A DNA stretch of 63,798 bases, filler included, from Craspedostauros australis (GCA_030167865.1; 11 parts of 11 records of this genome joined end to end with filler, not necessarily neighbours in it); one strand, 5' to 3'. Positions 37,954 through 50,851 are shown, counted from the whole stretch's first letter. Notes: a model not told the origin generated them from the sequence alone. Program-made: numbers and translations.

Positions 37954-38971
37954 GGTGGTGCAGGTGGTACGGAACATACGAGGAGCTCGTGCGAATGGCG
38001 TGGAGTGGAGTGTGAGTATTTTGTGTCCTCCTTTGGATGTTTCGAGTGAGGGGCCGAAGAAGCGGCTGGGGCAAGAAAGCGTCACCCACCTTGGTTGGCC
38101 CGATACCGTCTGTTCGTGCCAAGGTCACGCGAAAATCTCCCCACGCACACAACTGGTGAGCAACGAGCAGAACCGTCTCAGGCGTGCGCAAGCACTGACT
38201 TTGGAGTTGTTGTGTTCTTTTCGACGTCACAAGGAAGCGAGAGTTGTTTGCCTCGGTCATAACGTCCTATGCAACGCAAAAAATGTAGAGCACGACCAAC
38301 GAGGCCTTGGAGGCGGTTGCACGTCAAATAAGGAAGTCAGTCACAGTGACTATTGAAAATGCCCTTGGTCGTTGCGACTATGTGGCCCCAGTCGAGTGAC
38401 AGGACCTGGAGGCCGTCCTGGAGTGGTGGCAACATCGTCGTCCAGGCTTTCAACGAAACCGCTCACCGCAAGGGGGGGGGGAAAGACGGTAATTTTGCAT
38501 TTCCCATGATAAGGCAACAACAGTTTCTTCCATAATCAGCAGTTCAAAAGTCAAAAANNNNNNNNNNNNNNNNNNNNNNNNNNNNNTTCTTCCTGTCAGT
38601 TGTTTGCACAATCATCCTGATTTATGCAAAACCCAGATTCGTGGCTCCATTTTTGACTTTTACACCCTGTTGCCTGATCGTGTGTGTTGTCCGGACATTC
38701 CTCATTGTCATGGCCAACTTGTGCTTCCTTCTACTCTCCCACTACCCACACAATGTCATTCTTCTTNNNNNNNNNNNNNNNNNNNNNNNNNNNNNNNNNN
38801 NNNNNNNNNNNNNNNNNNNACACTACATCCACAATAGATTCTTCAAAGGTGTGTATCTATTTCTCACGTGGTTGCTGCTTAGTTTGTTGTGTCATGCTCA
38901 TTTCCGTCATTGCCTCCATTGTCACCCTGTCTCTCTCCATCTCCGGTTGTGTTACTTGCCTCATTCACATT

Positions 38972-39025
38972 CAATGGTGCTTCTGCAGCATTCCATGGTG
39001 CTTCTACAGCATTCAATGGTGCTGT
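38972..39025. repeat. 21-bp tandem repeat (~2.5 copies) in a low-complexity ORF fragment
   Basis: atggtgcttctgcagcattcc / atggtgcttctacagcattca / atggtgctg. Confidence 0.6.
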
Positions 39026-39618
39026 TGGGTCCTGCACTATCTCAACATTGTCGACCAACGAGTTGTTGGTTGTTGGCCCATCCCCTCCGCCTTCAGGTTG
39101 GTTTGNCGCCTCCTGACTGGTCATCTGAGCTCCTGCACTGCCTGCGGATTGCCTCACATTCTCTCCTTCTGGATTCTGATTTGTATTCACAGCTGTGGAC
39201 CCCGCTGTGATGGTGGTTGTTGCAGTTGCAAGGTTGGTTGCTTCTGCTGCTGCTGCTCCCACCGCTGCTGCCTCTGTCAGTTTGTTGGCTTGGTCCGCAA
39301 GGACCAGCATTCCTTCACATGGATCAACATCTCGTGGTGGTGGAGGAGACATCTGAGCTGTTGTTGTTGCCGATATTCCTTCCTCCCATCCGTGCGGAAG
39401 GATCTGTCCTGTGCTGAGGTGCTGCGGATTCGTCGACTGCATGTTGCCCGTCCCAGTCTGACCATTCTGCGTCGTTGCTGGGTGCTGGACTGATCCTTGG
39501 CCCTTTACGAAATACGGTNNNNNNNNNNNNNNNNNNNNNNNNNNNNNNNNNNNNNNNNNNNNTTAATTAATTAANNNNNNNNNNNNNNNNNNNNNNNNNN
39601 NNNNNNNNNNNNNNNNNN

Positions 39619-40089
39619 ATGAGCGCGACAACCAATATATCTGAACAAGTCGACGCGTCCCTGAGAACCTAATGTGAGAAAGCGAAACAGAGGCGATCCC
39701 TACTCACCCAAGACCACGATCCAGATGACAATAAGTCCCAAGCATCCAAAGGCAACCATCGCGATGACCGGAGGGAGGAACTGAAATGAAGTGGGACCAG
39801 TGAGGTGACAGGAGACCGAAGGAGAGGTACCTGCAGGTCTACAAGTATGAACTTGACGAATGTAGGTGCTCTCCAATCCTCAGCCAAGCAAACGATGAAC
39901 CACGGTGAAAGCAAGATGAAGATGCAGACGAAAGGAGCCAAGCTAAAGGGTGTAACCTCGGGTGGCTACTGCGGATCATGCTTGTTGTGAATTGGAATTG
40001 AAAGGAGATGAGCATGTTGTACTCACAGTTCTAAAACGGTACAGACTGATAACAGATTAGTCTACTACTATAACCCCGGATTTCCAACA
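39619..40089 (+). mobile_element. LTR, family B (5' end lies in the gap)
   Basis: ctcacagttctaaaacggtaca...aaccccggatttccaaca terminus. Confidence 0.7.
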
Positions 40090-40426
40090 GATGTCGGCTT
40101 CGATATCATCGGCAGCAATGGCGGGGTTGATATTGGAGGGAGGTGATGGGGTACTCATGTTTGTTAACCAAAACACTTGGCGAAAATTCAGAGTCCTTTT
40201 TTCACACAAATTGTTTGTTGCTGTTGTTGGTCTCGATGGCAAATTATGAGACCAAGATTTGCATCTTGTCACACAATTTCCCGTCTCCATTTTGTATTCA
40301 TACTTTACATTCTTTGTTCCACTTGTACAGTTCTCCTCACCTGGTGTGCGACTGGCGTGCTGCTTTTCTTCTTTGCGTGTGCCACTGACATGCTGCTGTT
40401 CTTCGCACAGTTTCATAGCAGAGACT

Positions 40427-41178
40427 TAGTTGAAGTTCATCTAAAGAACTGACTACTTTCCACTTAGTGCATCCCATGTCGCACCATGAAATTGTTTTTG
40501 GCGCGTCAATTTTGGAGCGAAACCTTCCGCCCACAAATACGGAAAACCCTATTCTCCCTCTTTCTCCCACTCTCACTCATGAATCACTGCTGACTCAAGC
40601 TCACTTGAGTCATCGAGATCTATGCACTCCGGGAACTATATGCTCCTCTGAACTCACGTATTGCAGCTAGCCCTGATTCCATTGTCAGCCATGCCAGCTA
40701 ACAACTCTACATGACAACAGCAAGGAGATCCTCCCTGCTTCAACATGAGCAGGGAATCCAACAAAAATTCCCATCGCCTGAAAACCTGTGTTCTCAACCA
40801 TGACTTCAATCAAGATGTCAAGCCTTTGTACTCGAACATAGAACAACTACCACAGATAGTGGAGAAAGAGAGAGAAAGGAAGAGATCATCCGTCCTCAAC
40901 ACTGAACCTCTAACGGTCAGTGCAGAGCCGCACTATCCAACTGAATATCGTTTCTTCATCCTACACCTCAAACTGATCAACTCATAATCCAGACTATTCA
41001 ATATAACAAATAGCACAACTCAAGATCAGCACAACAACTCTAATCTACTCATTGTCAACTACTACAATCTTCCCAGACGGTCATCCTTCGCCAACTGCAA
41101 CCCCAGCCTCATTGAAACTGGCAGTCGGCGAGGCCTTCCCTTCCAGATCGTGTCACAACGTTACATGAAAATCCAACT
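40427..41178 (+). mobile_element. ~750 bp non-coding dispersed element with imperfect terminal inverted repeats, copy 1
   Basis: Ends tagttgaagttcat...atgaaaatccaact; flanked by AGACT/AGACT; homologous to the reverse complement of 50100-50851. Confidence 0.7.
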
Positions 41179-41687
41179 AGACTATTAACTTTCATCGAGG
41201 TCTCCTTTGCTTTGACACTCGTATGCGCTCTTCTTCGGAGAGACATGCGGATAACGATCCCGCGAGCGCGAATAGCGATCGGTTTCTGTGGCTAGCACCG
41301 ACACTGAGAATAGGTAGAGTGCTCCACAAATACTTCCGTCGATTCCACTGTCGTCGTATTCCACGTGGAACTTTGTGAGACCAACGACTATGTTGTGACA
41401 CTTGATCTCAATTTTTTCGTTTCGCGATATGCGACAAAACCCAGATGCGCCAACCAACAAGGAACAGCCACAAACACTGTTCATGTTCACGCTTGTGCAT
41501 CGTCAGGATCACAGCTTCGGACAGGGAGGATCGCCATCACCATCATTGCCATTGTTGCCAACATCGCTACCGCCATCAATATTACCACAGCTATCGTCAA
41601 GGCCGCCATCATCAACAACAGTGCCATGATGTCGCGGCACATCATCTTCATTGCTGCGTGCGTGTCAGTCGCGTTGCTCATCACAAG

Positions 41688-42481
41688 TGTCGAGATGTAC
41701 ATGTGAGTATATGTCGAGATGTACGTGTATATGTGCATCGTTCACCCGTTATTCTCTCATACGCACTTGGACGGTATAACTACATTCGTGTTGATAGTAT
41801 GCTGTGATTCGTCAGAATTACAGCAGAAATGGAACACACGAAAATGAGCAGAATTTCTGGAGGAAATTTGCAAATAATGATTTCTGAGAATTAGAAGATC
41901 GTCCGTCCATCCATCAATGGTACCAAGAGAATCTCGAGGTACTTCCCAACTAAACCTCAGATGACGATATCATCTGACANNNNNNNNNNNNNNNNNNNNN
42001 NNNTGACATCTGGAGAGCAGAAGGACGCCTACTGACGTTGACAGGATGTCATCATGTCACCACGTCGACATCTGTCTCCAAGTCAGAGCAGGAGGCGAAG
42101 ATCCGAATGACCGAAGGACATCAGGATCATGGATACTGAAGGTGAACTTCAAATGGTAAGTACTCATGGAGTAGGAGCCAGTACTGAATGAACGGAGTGT
42201 CAAATGCGGAGCACGCATTGAACACGGAGTATCATGTAGCACGAGCACGCGATGTTGAGAGAGAGAGAGAATACAGAGAGGAGCGAGAGATAGTCTCGCG
42301 TACCGACTCATAGTCGGAGACCAAATCTACAAAACAGATTGAAGCACTGAGAGCATTGTGCAAGAGAACGGGTGTACACCGAGAGGATCGGAGTAGCCAA
42401 GTAATGAAATAGCAAATGAACGACTATCAACCAATACCATCTTCCACGATCGTAGGCTTCCAATAATGGAACTTGCCAACA
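41688..42481 (+). mobile_element. 5' LTR of a Copia family A element
   Basis: tgtcgagatg...gaacttgccaaca, followed by a short leader and gag. Confidence 0.9.
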
Positions 42482-42562
42482 CGTTTATAAACGATAGATC
42501 AGGGCGAGCCCGCGGATCGGATCGTGCAAGGAAGACGAACATCATTCAAAGCAACAGGCTGA

Positions 42563-43711
42563 ATGAGCAAGGAAGAGGAATTGAAAGACATCCCTCTGTT
42601 CAATCTGGCTATCAAGCAAGAAGAAGGTGCGAGTGAGACTCGACCACGAAAAGAGAAGGAAGCAGCCGCGGCTACTGTCCTATCAGGCGCATACGCAAGC
42701 GCAATCGACGAGACCAAAGAGGAACGGTCTGCAAGACTACACCGTGAGGAGGAGAGGATTCTCAAGGCGGTCAAGCAAGAGGAGACTGGTGTGACAGAGA
42801 GCATTCGCACAGCCAAACAGGGTGAGAAAAGTGAGACACCACCAGGAGGAGAATTTGTGAGGAAATCAATCCTCGCGAAACAACAAGCGAAAATCGAAGA
42901 ATCGGCAACACAGAAACAGACGGAAACTAAGGGCGCGAGCGCACCAACAACGAAACAACGAACCAACATGGCGACATCAGCCAACATGAACAAGCGACGC
43001 ATCAAGGCGCCGATGTTCAGCGGTGAACAGGAAGACTACAGCGCATGGGAGTCCCAAGCGAAGGCATACGCTCGTGCACAGAAGACGAGAGACGTGATGT
43101 TGGGCAAGACTAAGGTGCCAACAGTGAGTGAGATCGCGGCAGCCACCGCTGAAGCCAAGGAAGCGATGGAAGAGATCTACGAGTTGGGATGCGACTGCTT
43201 CAGCGATCTGATCCTCATGATGGATGCAGAGAAAGGAAAAGGTAAGCAGGCCATCCAGTACATCAACCANNNNNNNNNNNNNNNNNNNNNNNNNNNNNNN
43301 NNNNNNNNNNNNNNNNNNNNNNNNNNNNNNNNNNNNNNNNNNNNNNNNNNNNNNNNNNNNNNNNNNNNNNNNNNNNNNNNNNNNNNNGAAAAGATGAAGA
43401 GAGACACGGACCCCGACATCTACATCACGCAACTCGAGAGTCTACGATCGCGTCTCCACGATGTCAAGTACGAGATCTCGGACGAGGAAATGGTCATGCA
43501 AATCCTCAGCACGGTGAGCAACGAGTACAGAACTCACATCGTGAACTTCCAACACCAACTCACGTTCAATCCGGAACTGGTCACCATCAACTCGATCAGA
43601 GGAGTACTCCGTACTGCATACGCCACTCACAGAGGGGGCAAAGCATACGTCGACGACTTCCAAGACAGTAACACGAAGAGCAACGACACCGGCTTCACAA
43701 GCACCGGTAAC
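42563..43711 (+). mobile_element. Copia family A gag (partial)
   Basis: PMFSGEQEDYSAW, DPDIYITQLESLRSRL; closely similar to the element at 56165-59195, which carries zinc knuckles and protease. Confidence 0.88.
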
Positions 43712-43811
43712 NNNNNNNNNNNNNNNNNNNNNNNNNNNNNNNNNNNNNNNNNNNNTTAATTAATTAANNNNNNNNNNNNNNNNNNNNNNNNNNNNNNNNN
43801 NNNNNNNNNNN

Positions 43812-45205
43812 CGTCCATTGGGAATCCTTGGGTGTCGTATGCCAACACAGTTCCCAAACCCTCATTCGCCTGGAAGGCGATGAAAGTCCACTTCCTGACA
43901 CCAAGGTCGAAGAATACATTCAAACCATCTTCGTTGGAAAAGGAGTTGCGGCATTGGATGCTTTTGCGAAGAGCCACAGATTCCTCCCGCCACCAGAGGC
44001 GATCACTGGACCGGCGGATGCACCTGCAGTCAGCCAAGACTTGGGTGTTGGGACGAACTCTCCATCCAGCAACATTCTCCCGAGCAACAATCCGGCTGCA
44101 ACTTCTCTACCACTGAACTCTCCTCCCATCAACATTCACCTGACCAACGTTCCGGCCNCGACTTCCCAACCAACAAACTCTTCGCNCACGCCCCCAACCA
44201 ACAAAGTCAGTATTGACAGCGGATCCGAAGAGCCAGAGGATGACGCATCTATGGATTGCAACATTGACAACAACTTTGACAATGACGTGTTGAATTATGC
44301 GATTGAGATGGAGGAACAAATCCTCCACTACGAACCACATCATGCAGAGAAGGCCACACTGATCTCCGACAACACCTCCATCAGCATGGGATCTCGAGCC
44401 GATGTAATGACGTGGAAGGTTGTACCAGATGACCACATTGGCAGCCCCAAAGATGGATCTTCACGGGAGTGGGTGGGGGTTGCAAACTTTGACTTTGCCA
44501 ACCTAACCGTCGCGGGCAGGGGCAGGGACAGCAGGTACCAACGTATCAACATGTTGCATCTCCTACAGCACATGTGGCCTGGCAACTGGAAGGCCCAGGT
44601 TGACAAGCTCAATCAAAGGATCATCACAAGGCAACTTCCCACAAGAATATTGGAGGATCAGATCAACAATCACCTCATATCTCATCACGAGTTTTGGGTG
44701 TTCTTTGGATTGCTCCTTCTGGGCACTATCGAAGGCACATCCTGCCTGTGGGGCGACAGAGACACTGAAGGATTCAAACAGCCAATGGACGTCACCGACC
44801 ACATGAAGAATTATCAGTTTCGTGCCATCCGAGAATCACTGATCCCACACATCTTCGCAGATGCATCCAAGCAATTCTCGGATCCATGGTGGCAAATTCA
44901 ACCAGGTGTGGNNNNNNNNNNNNNNNNNNNNNNNNNNNNNNNNNNNNNNAGCACACTGAAGGTGATGGATGAATCCATGAGTGCCTTCAAGACACGAACA
45001 ACCAAGAATGGGAACCTTCCTCACCTATCCTTTGTCCGCTGCAAACCTGAGCCGCTGGGCGTGGAATTCAAGACCGTTGCCGATGGAGAGACAGGGATCA
45101 TGCTGTTCTTGAAGATCCAATGGGGCAAGGAGGGAATGGAGGGTGCGGCCTTCCTTGACAGGGTGAAGGGCAAGAACGCTGCATGCACCCTTCGCATGGC
45201 AGCAG
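43812..45205 (+). mobile_element. piggyBac-like transposase fragment
   Basis: EFWVFFGLLL, DPWWQI, VMDESM, NLPHLSFVRCKPEPLGVEFK, TGIMLFL. Confidence 0.82.
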
Positions 45206-45411
45206 NNNNNNNNNNNNNNNNNNNNNNNNNNNNNNNNNNNNNNNNNNNNTTAATTAATTAANNNNNNNNNNNNNNNNNNNNNNNNNNNNNNNNNNNNNNN
45301 NNNNNCAAGTGTGCAGAGAGTACATGTACCACACCGCTATTCTCCCTCCCCCGACGAACGCAGCAGCATTGGCGGTATTGTCGCCACGACTATGCAATAC
45401 TTGTATCACGA

Positions 45412-46767
45412 TTAACTTAACGCATGCGGTTTATCCATGGCAGCCTGAAGGATCGCCAACCAGGGATCCGCATCATTGTGTGGCAGTTTCAGCATTTTCA
45501 CTGTGCGGTTTCCCATGTTCTCATCGAATCGCACAATCGTCCACCCGAAAGCGCCTTGCCTGACTTTGATAGTACTGAACGGCATGATGTTTGTGATGCG
45601 ATGGTGTGCGTGCCTCATCCAAGCAGCCGCGTTCGACAAAGAAGATGTAGAACCAATGAAGATGTCGGACTGAATCATGTCAGCAATGGCATCTGTGACG
45701 GTCGCCTTACTGTCTCGGCCCATCACAGACACATGCTGGAGATCATTGTGGGTCAGACCGATTCGTGACGTAACTTCGGCCAACTTGCCATCCGAGTGGA
45801 TCACAAACTGAAGATCAGGTGGGTTGGGCATCCGCTCGGCAGCCTGCTGAAGATTGTGAATGATTTGCTTGTACAGTTCGCCTGGTTGGATCCGCTCAGC
45901 CGCATCTCCCAGGCGGTAATGCACGACGACACGGATTTGATGGATCGAATTCGATCCACTATCTCGCATTGTTGTTGCATTCGGCTGTGACCTGATGCCA
46001 CGTGCTACGATCGGACTGATGCCATTGTACCACATGTTCTCCATCCGCCTGCTCTCCTCGTTGTCTTTGGCAACCACGCAGTACACAAAGTCCGAGCAAT
46101 TGTCGGCGGTGAACACCAGGACCAGTTTGCGTTCAAAAGAGGAAGCACCATCGCACGCTTTCGCCCGTACGTCCTCGTCGAACCAGCTGGCCTGTTCGCA
46201 TTTGCCGGCGCTGGGGAGTGGATCTCTGCGCTCAATTTTCATGGTGAGGTCATCGAAGAGCAATCCTCCCGCCGCCTCCACCGTGCGACCCAACCCGAAG
46301 AAATCTTCCATCTTCCTGGGATTTGCTCCGTGCTGCATCTGCGACATCGGAAGATGCACGTAGGTGAGATTCAGCATGGCGGCAGCCATCATGCAGGTCA
46401 GCTTGGCCTCCAGTTGATGGCCGAATCCGTCAATCCCATAAGAGCTGATCATGCACTTCGACTTGCGTTCTTGCATCGATGCCGCGCGATAGACATGATA
46501 CTGCCTTGTAGCTTCATCCATCTCGATGGCAGATGTCGATGGTGACCCTGCTGGTGCTCCCAATGGAGGTTCTGTTGATTCGATGTTCATCGCCAACTTG
46601 TTGGTTGGAGATGTCAAGGTGAACATGTGCAGGTTCTGACTCTGTGACACCAAATGGTCGATGACAAGGCCGACGACCAAACAAAGCACAGCCACGCTCC
46701 TGAAAAACCTGGGTGGCTTTGGCGTTGCTGGCGCCTCATCAGAGTTGCCGATCGATGTTCGTTTCAT
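45412..46767 (-). CDS. Type II membrane glycosyltransferase, fucosyltransferase-like (GT11/GT23/O-FucT motifs), copy 1
   Basis: N-terminal TM; DGFGHQ, VVHYRLGD, FVIHSD, SDIFIGSTSSLS. Confidence 0.75.
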   Translation of the reverse strand: MKRTSIGNSDEAPATPKPPRFFRSVAVLCLVVGLVIDHLVSQSQNLHMFTLTSPTNKLAMNIESTEPPLGAPAGSPSTSAIEMDEATRQYHVYRAASMQERKSKCMISSYGIDGFGHQLEAKLTCMMAAAMLNLTYVHLPMSQMQHGANPRKMEDFFGLGRTVEAAGGLLFDDLTMKIERRDPLPSAGKCEQASWFDEDVRAKACDGASSFERKLVLVFTADNCSDFVYCVVAKDNEESRRMENMWYNGISPIVARGIRSQPNATTMRDSGSNSIHQIRVVVHYRLGDAAERIQPGELYKQIIHNLQQAAERMPNPPDLQFVIHSDGKLAEVTSRIGLTHNDLQHVSVMGRDSKATVTDAIADMIQSDIFIGSTSSLSNAAAWMRHAHHRITNIMPFSTIKVRQGAFGWTIVRFDENMGNRTVKMLKLPHNDADPWLAILQAAMDKPHALS

Positions 46768-47655
46768 CTCAATGTGGTGTCGATATATCGTATTGCTCCA
46801 AACTGCGCTACTTTCTGTTCTGAATATTCTTGAGCATTGAGATTGCTGTCCGACTCGTCTCTTGGATCCAGAGAGCCAGAATGTCCACAGGGTACTTGTT
46901 GCGACTGGGGGGGGATGAAGCCCGCTATTGAAGTGAGCGGTATGATGAGGTATGAAGTGGTTCTAATGATGGATTATGACTGAAGTCTGTGTGTTTGTTT
47001 TGGACGATCTCCTCTTTTGTTGTTCGATGTCTTTTGCCAGTCTTTTGCCGGTCTTTTGGACGCCTTTGACGTAGTCCATCGAGTCGTCTCGTTATCCGTG
47101 ACTGGAGACTCGGTGGAAGATACCAATCAACAATTGGCGTCATCAAACAAGTTCGTGCCCAAAATCACAACTCCTCCATCATCTTACGTCGTCTGCCATG
47201 TTCATTGAAGCTTCAGATCCTCAGGCATGATGCACCATCTTCAAGCATTGTCATCTTTCGTTCGGCCAGAAGACTGAAGACGTCAGAGTCATCGGTCATC
47301 CTGTTCCGATCACCGCTCTACTAACACTGAGGGCTGACATTTCGTGCCTTCGCACGATGCATGCATGCCCTCGTTCAACCTCGCACTGCAGTAGAAGACG
47401 CAAGTCAAGTCATCATAAATCAGCCTTTCACACTATTACAAGAACGTTTTCCGACTCATTCAACTGCGCTGCTGCTGCCGTGGCTCCAATAAAAAGCGTC
47501 AAACAAATACGTAGCCTGATGGTACGAACCTAGAGATAGAAAGATGGCGCAAGTGTGCAGAGAGCACATGTACCACACCGCTATTCTCCCTCCCCCGACG
47601 AACGCAGCAGCATTGGCGGTATTATCGCCACGACTATGCAATACTTGTATCACGA

Positions 47656-49014
47656 TTAACTTAACGCACGCGGTTTATCCATGGCAGCCTGAAGGATCGC
47701 CAACCAGGGATCCGCATCATTGTGTGGCAGTTTCAGAATTCTCGCTGTGCGGTTCCCCTCCATGTCCTCATCCAATCGCACAACCGTCCACCCGAAACCG
47801 CCTTGGCTGAGTTTTTCAGTACTGAACGGCATGATGTTTGTGATGCGGCGGTGTGCGTGCCTCATCCAAGCAGCCAGGACCGACAAAGCAGATGAAGAAC
47901 CAATTAAGATGTCGGAATGGATCATTTCAGTAAGGGCATCTGCGACGGTCGCCTTACTGTCTCGGCCCATCACAGTCATATGCTGGAGATCATTGTGGGT
48001 CAGACCGATTCGTGACGTAACTTCGGCCACCTTGCCATCCGAGTGGATCACAAACTGAAGATCAGGTGGGTTGGACATCCGCTCGGCAGCCTGCTGAAGA
48101 TTGCGAATGATTTGCTGGTACAGTTCGCCTGGCTGAATCCGCCTCCTCGCATCTCCCAGGCGGTAATGCACGACGACACGGATTTGATGGATCGAATTCG
48201 ATCCACTATCTCGCATTGTTGTTGAATCCGCCTGTGACCTGATGCCAGGTTCTACGATCGGGCTTATGCCATTGTACCACAGGTCCTCCATCCACCTGCT
48301 CTCCTCGTTGTCTTTGGCAAGCAGGCAGTACACAAAGTCCCAGCAATTGTCGGCGGTAAAGACCGGGATCGGTTTGTGTTCAAAAGAGGAAGCACCATCG
48401 CACGCTTTCGTCCGTGTGTCCTCGTCGAACCAGCTGGCCTGTTTGCATTTGCCGGCCCAAGGGAGTGGAGCTCTGGGCTCGATGTTCATGGTGCGGTTAT
48501 CGAAGAGCAATCCTCCCGTCGCCTCCACCGTGCGACCCAACCCGAAGAAATCTTCCATCTCCCTGGGATTTGCTCCGTGCTGCATCCGCGACATCGGAAG
48601 ATGCACGTAGGTGAGATTCAGCATGGCGGCAGCTATGATGCACGACAGCTTGGCCTCAATTTGATGGCCGAATCCATCCCCTCCATAAGAGCTGATCATG
48701 CACTTTGACTTGCGTTCTTGCATCGAGGCCGTGCGATAGACATGATACTGCCTTGTAGCTTCATCCATCTCGATGGCAGATGTCGATGGTGACCCTGATG
48801 GTGCTCCCGATGGAGGTTCTGTTGATTCGATGTTCATCGCCAACGTGTTGGTTGGAGATGCCAAGGTGAACCTGTGCAGGTTCTGATTCTGTGACACCAG
48901 ATTGGTGATGACGAGGCCGACAACCATACCAAGCACAACCACGCTCCTGGAAAACCTGGGTGGCTTTGGCGTTGCTGGCGCCCCATCAGAGTTGCCGATC
49001 GATGTTCGTTTCAT
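47656..49014 (-). CDS. Fucosyltransferase-like glycosyltransferase, copy 2 (diverged tandem paralogue)
   Basis: Same motifs and length as copy 1; shared flanks. Confidence 0.75.
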   Translation of the reverse strand: MKRTSIGNSDGAPATPKPPRFSRSVVVLGMVVGLVITNLVSQNQNLHRFTLASPTNTLAMNIESTEPPSGAPSGSPSTSAIEMDEATRQYHVYRTASMQERKSKCMISSYGGDGFGHQIEAKLSCIIAAAMLNLTYVHLPMSRMQHGANPREMEDFFGLGRTVEATGGLLFDNRTMNIEPRAPLPWAGKCKQASWFDEDTRTKACDGASSFEHKPIPVFTADNCWDFVYCLLAKDNEESRWMEDLWYNGISPIVEPGIRSQADSTTMRDSGSNSIHQIRVVVHYRLGDARRRIQPGELYQQIIRNLQQAAERMSNPPDLQFVIHSDGKVAEVTSRIGLTHNDLQHMTVMGRDSKATVADALTEMIHSDILIGSSSALSVLAAWMRHAHRRITNIMPFSTEKLSQGGFGWTVVRLDEDMEGNRTARILKLPHNDADPWLAILQAAMDKPRALS

Positions 49015-50099
49015 CTCAATGTGGTGTCGTTATTTCGTACTGCTCCAAACCGTGCTGCTTTCTGTTCTGAATAGTCTTGAGCAGTGGAATTGCTGTCCGA
49101 CTCGTCTCTTGGATCTGGAGAGACAGAATATCCATAGTGATTTTTGTGTGCCTCCGAAGACACTTTCTCCAGCGGAGGTGCTTTCGACAGCACTTTTCGA
49201 GCCTCTCGGGAGGAGTCCAAATCACAAAAAAAACAGACCCCAACGCAAACAAGACACCCCACTGCGCGAAAACAACACGGTTTTGGCGTTACGCAATACA
49301 AACAGACGTTGCATCCGCAATTTTACTTCTGGTTGCTGTGCTTACAGACTATTGACGAAATTGCGGCACATGCACGCGCAGCACTTGATGTGAGCACGAA
49401 TAATACACCAAAGCCTCTCCTTCGACACTGGCTGATCTATACTTCTCCTATGCATGTGGAAGATCGATAATGGTAATAGAAATGCATATATTTCTGCTAT
49501 GTTACTTTGTACAGTTGCCTTCATGGTTGCTTTGCTACGTCTACATGCAAGTCGACGTTTAGACTGACAGATGCGGGAGGACGTCTCTCCTCCATGTGTA
49601 GATGAGGTGGTTCCGATTCTTCTCCTCTGGTTGCGCTGGACGTCGACCTGGGTCATCTATTGATCGTTTTCAAGCTACATGAGACGTCTTCCACATGTTA
49701 CACTCAATTTCAAACAATTTTCATCGAAGCGTTGGAAACGAGGAAATTCACGAACCAGCTCTTTTGAAGTGCCGATTTCCACCAGCCAGCCTGTTTTGTG
49801 TTGCTTACCGACTCAAACAGTCAAAATGTCCATGCGACATCTCATGGACACAGAGGTTTCGCGTCGGCCCGTATGGCTAGTATATTAATTTAGACTTCCA
49901 ATACCACACATGAAAAGTACAAGCCACAGCATATATATATATGTTATACTCGTAAAACTATGCCATTCATTAGTCCACAAGAATGAATAGCATCTTATTA
50001 AGGGAATCAATGCCTGTTTTAGTCATAGATAAGCACATCATCCATCTGTTTGCTCCAAGTGCTTGCTTGTGGATCGTATTCGGACGAAACCTTCATTGA

Positions 50100-50851
50100 A
50101 GTTGGATTTTCGTGTGCTGTTGTGACACGATCCGGAAGGGATGGCCTAGCTGACTGCCAGATTCTAGGAATCTGATGGTGAAGTCAACGTGGGGCGACCG
50201 TCTGGAGATTAGTAGTGTATGACAATGAAGTAGATTAGTGTTATTGTGCTGATCTTGAGTTGTGCTATTTGTTATTTGAATAGTCTGCATTGTGAGTTAA
50301 TCAGTTTGAGATACAGGATGAAGAAACGATAGTCAGTCTGAATGGTGCGGCTCTGCACTGACCTTCAGAGGTTCAGTGCTGAGGGCGGATGGGTCCTCTC
50401 TTTCTCTCTTTCTCCAGTATCTCATCGTAGTCGTTCTACGTTCGAGTACAAAGCTTTGACACCTTGATTGAGGTTGAGATCGAGAACACAGGTTGTTGAG
50501 CCAAGGGAATTTGATGTAGGATTTCCTGCATGTGTTGAAGCAGGGAAGATCTCTTGACTGTTGTTGTGTAGGGTTATCAGGTTGGTTGCCTGACAACGGA
50601 ATTCAGGTTGGCTGCATTACAATAGTTCAGGAGAGCACATAGTTCCCAGGGTGTCTTGATCCCATTGATTCGGATAGTATTTGAGTCAGTGGTGATTCAT
50701 GATTGAGTGTGGGAGAAGGAGGGAAAAGGATGATTGTTCTGTATTTATTGGTGGGAGGTTTCGCGCCAAAATTTCGCGCCAAAATAATTTCATGGTGCGA
50801 CAAGGAACACACTGAGTGAAAAGTAGTCCGTTCTTTAGATGAACTTCAACT
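50100..50851 (-). mobile_element. ~750 bp TIR element, copy 2
   Basis: agttggattttcg...gatgaacttcaact; flanked by ATTGA/ATTGA. Confidence 0.7.

Noticed and set aside
40427..50851. Giant composite transposon bounded by the two inverted 750 bp elements and containing the piggyBac transposase
   Set aside because: It spans two spacers, and each copy has its own flanking direct repeat
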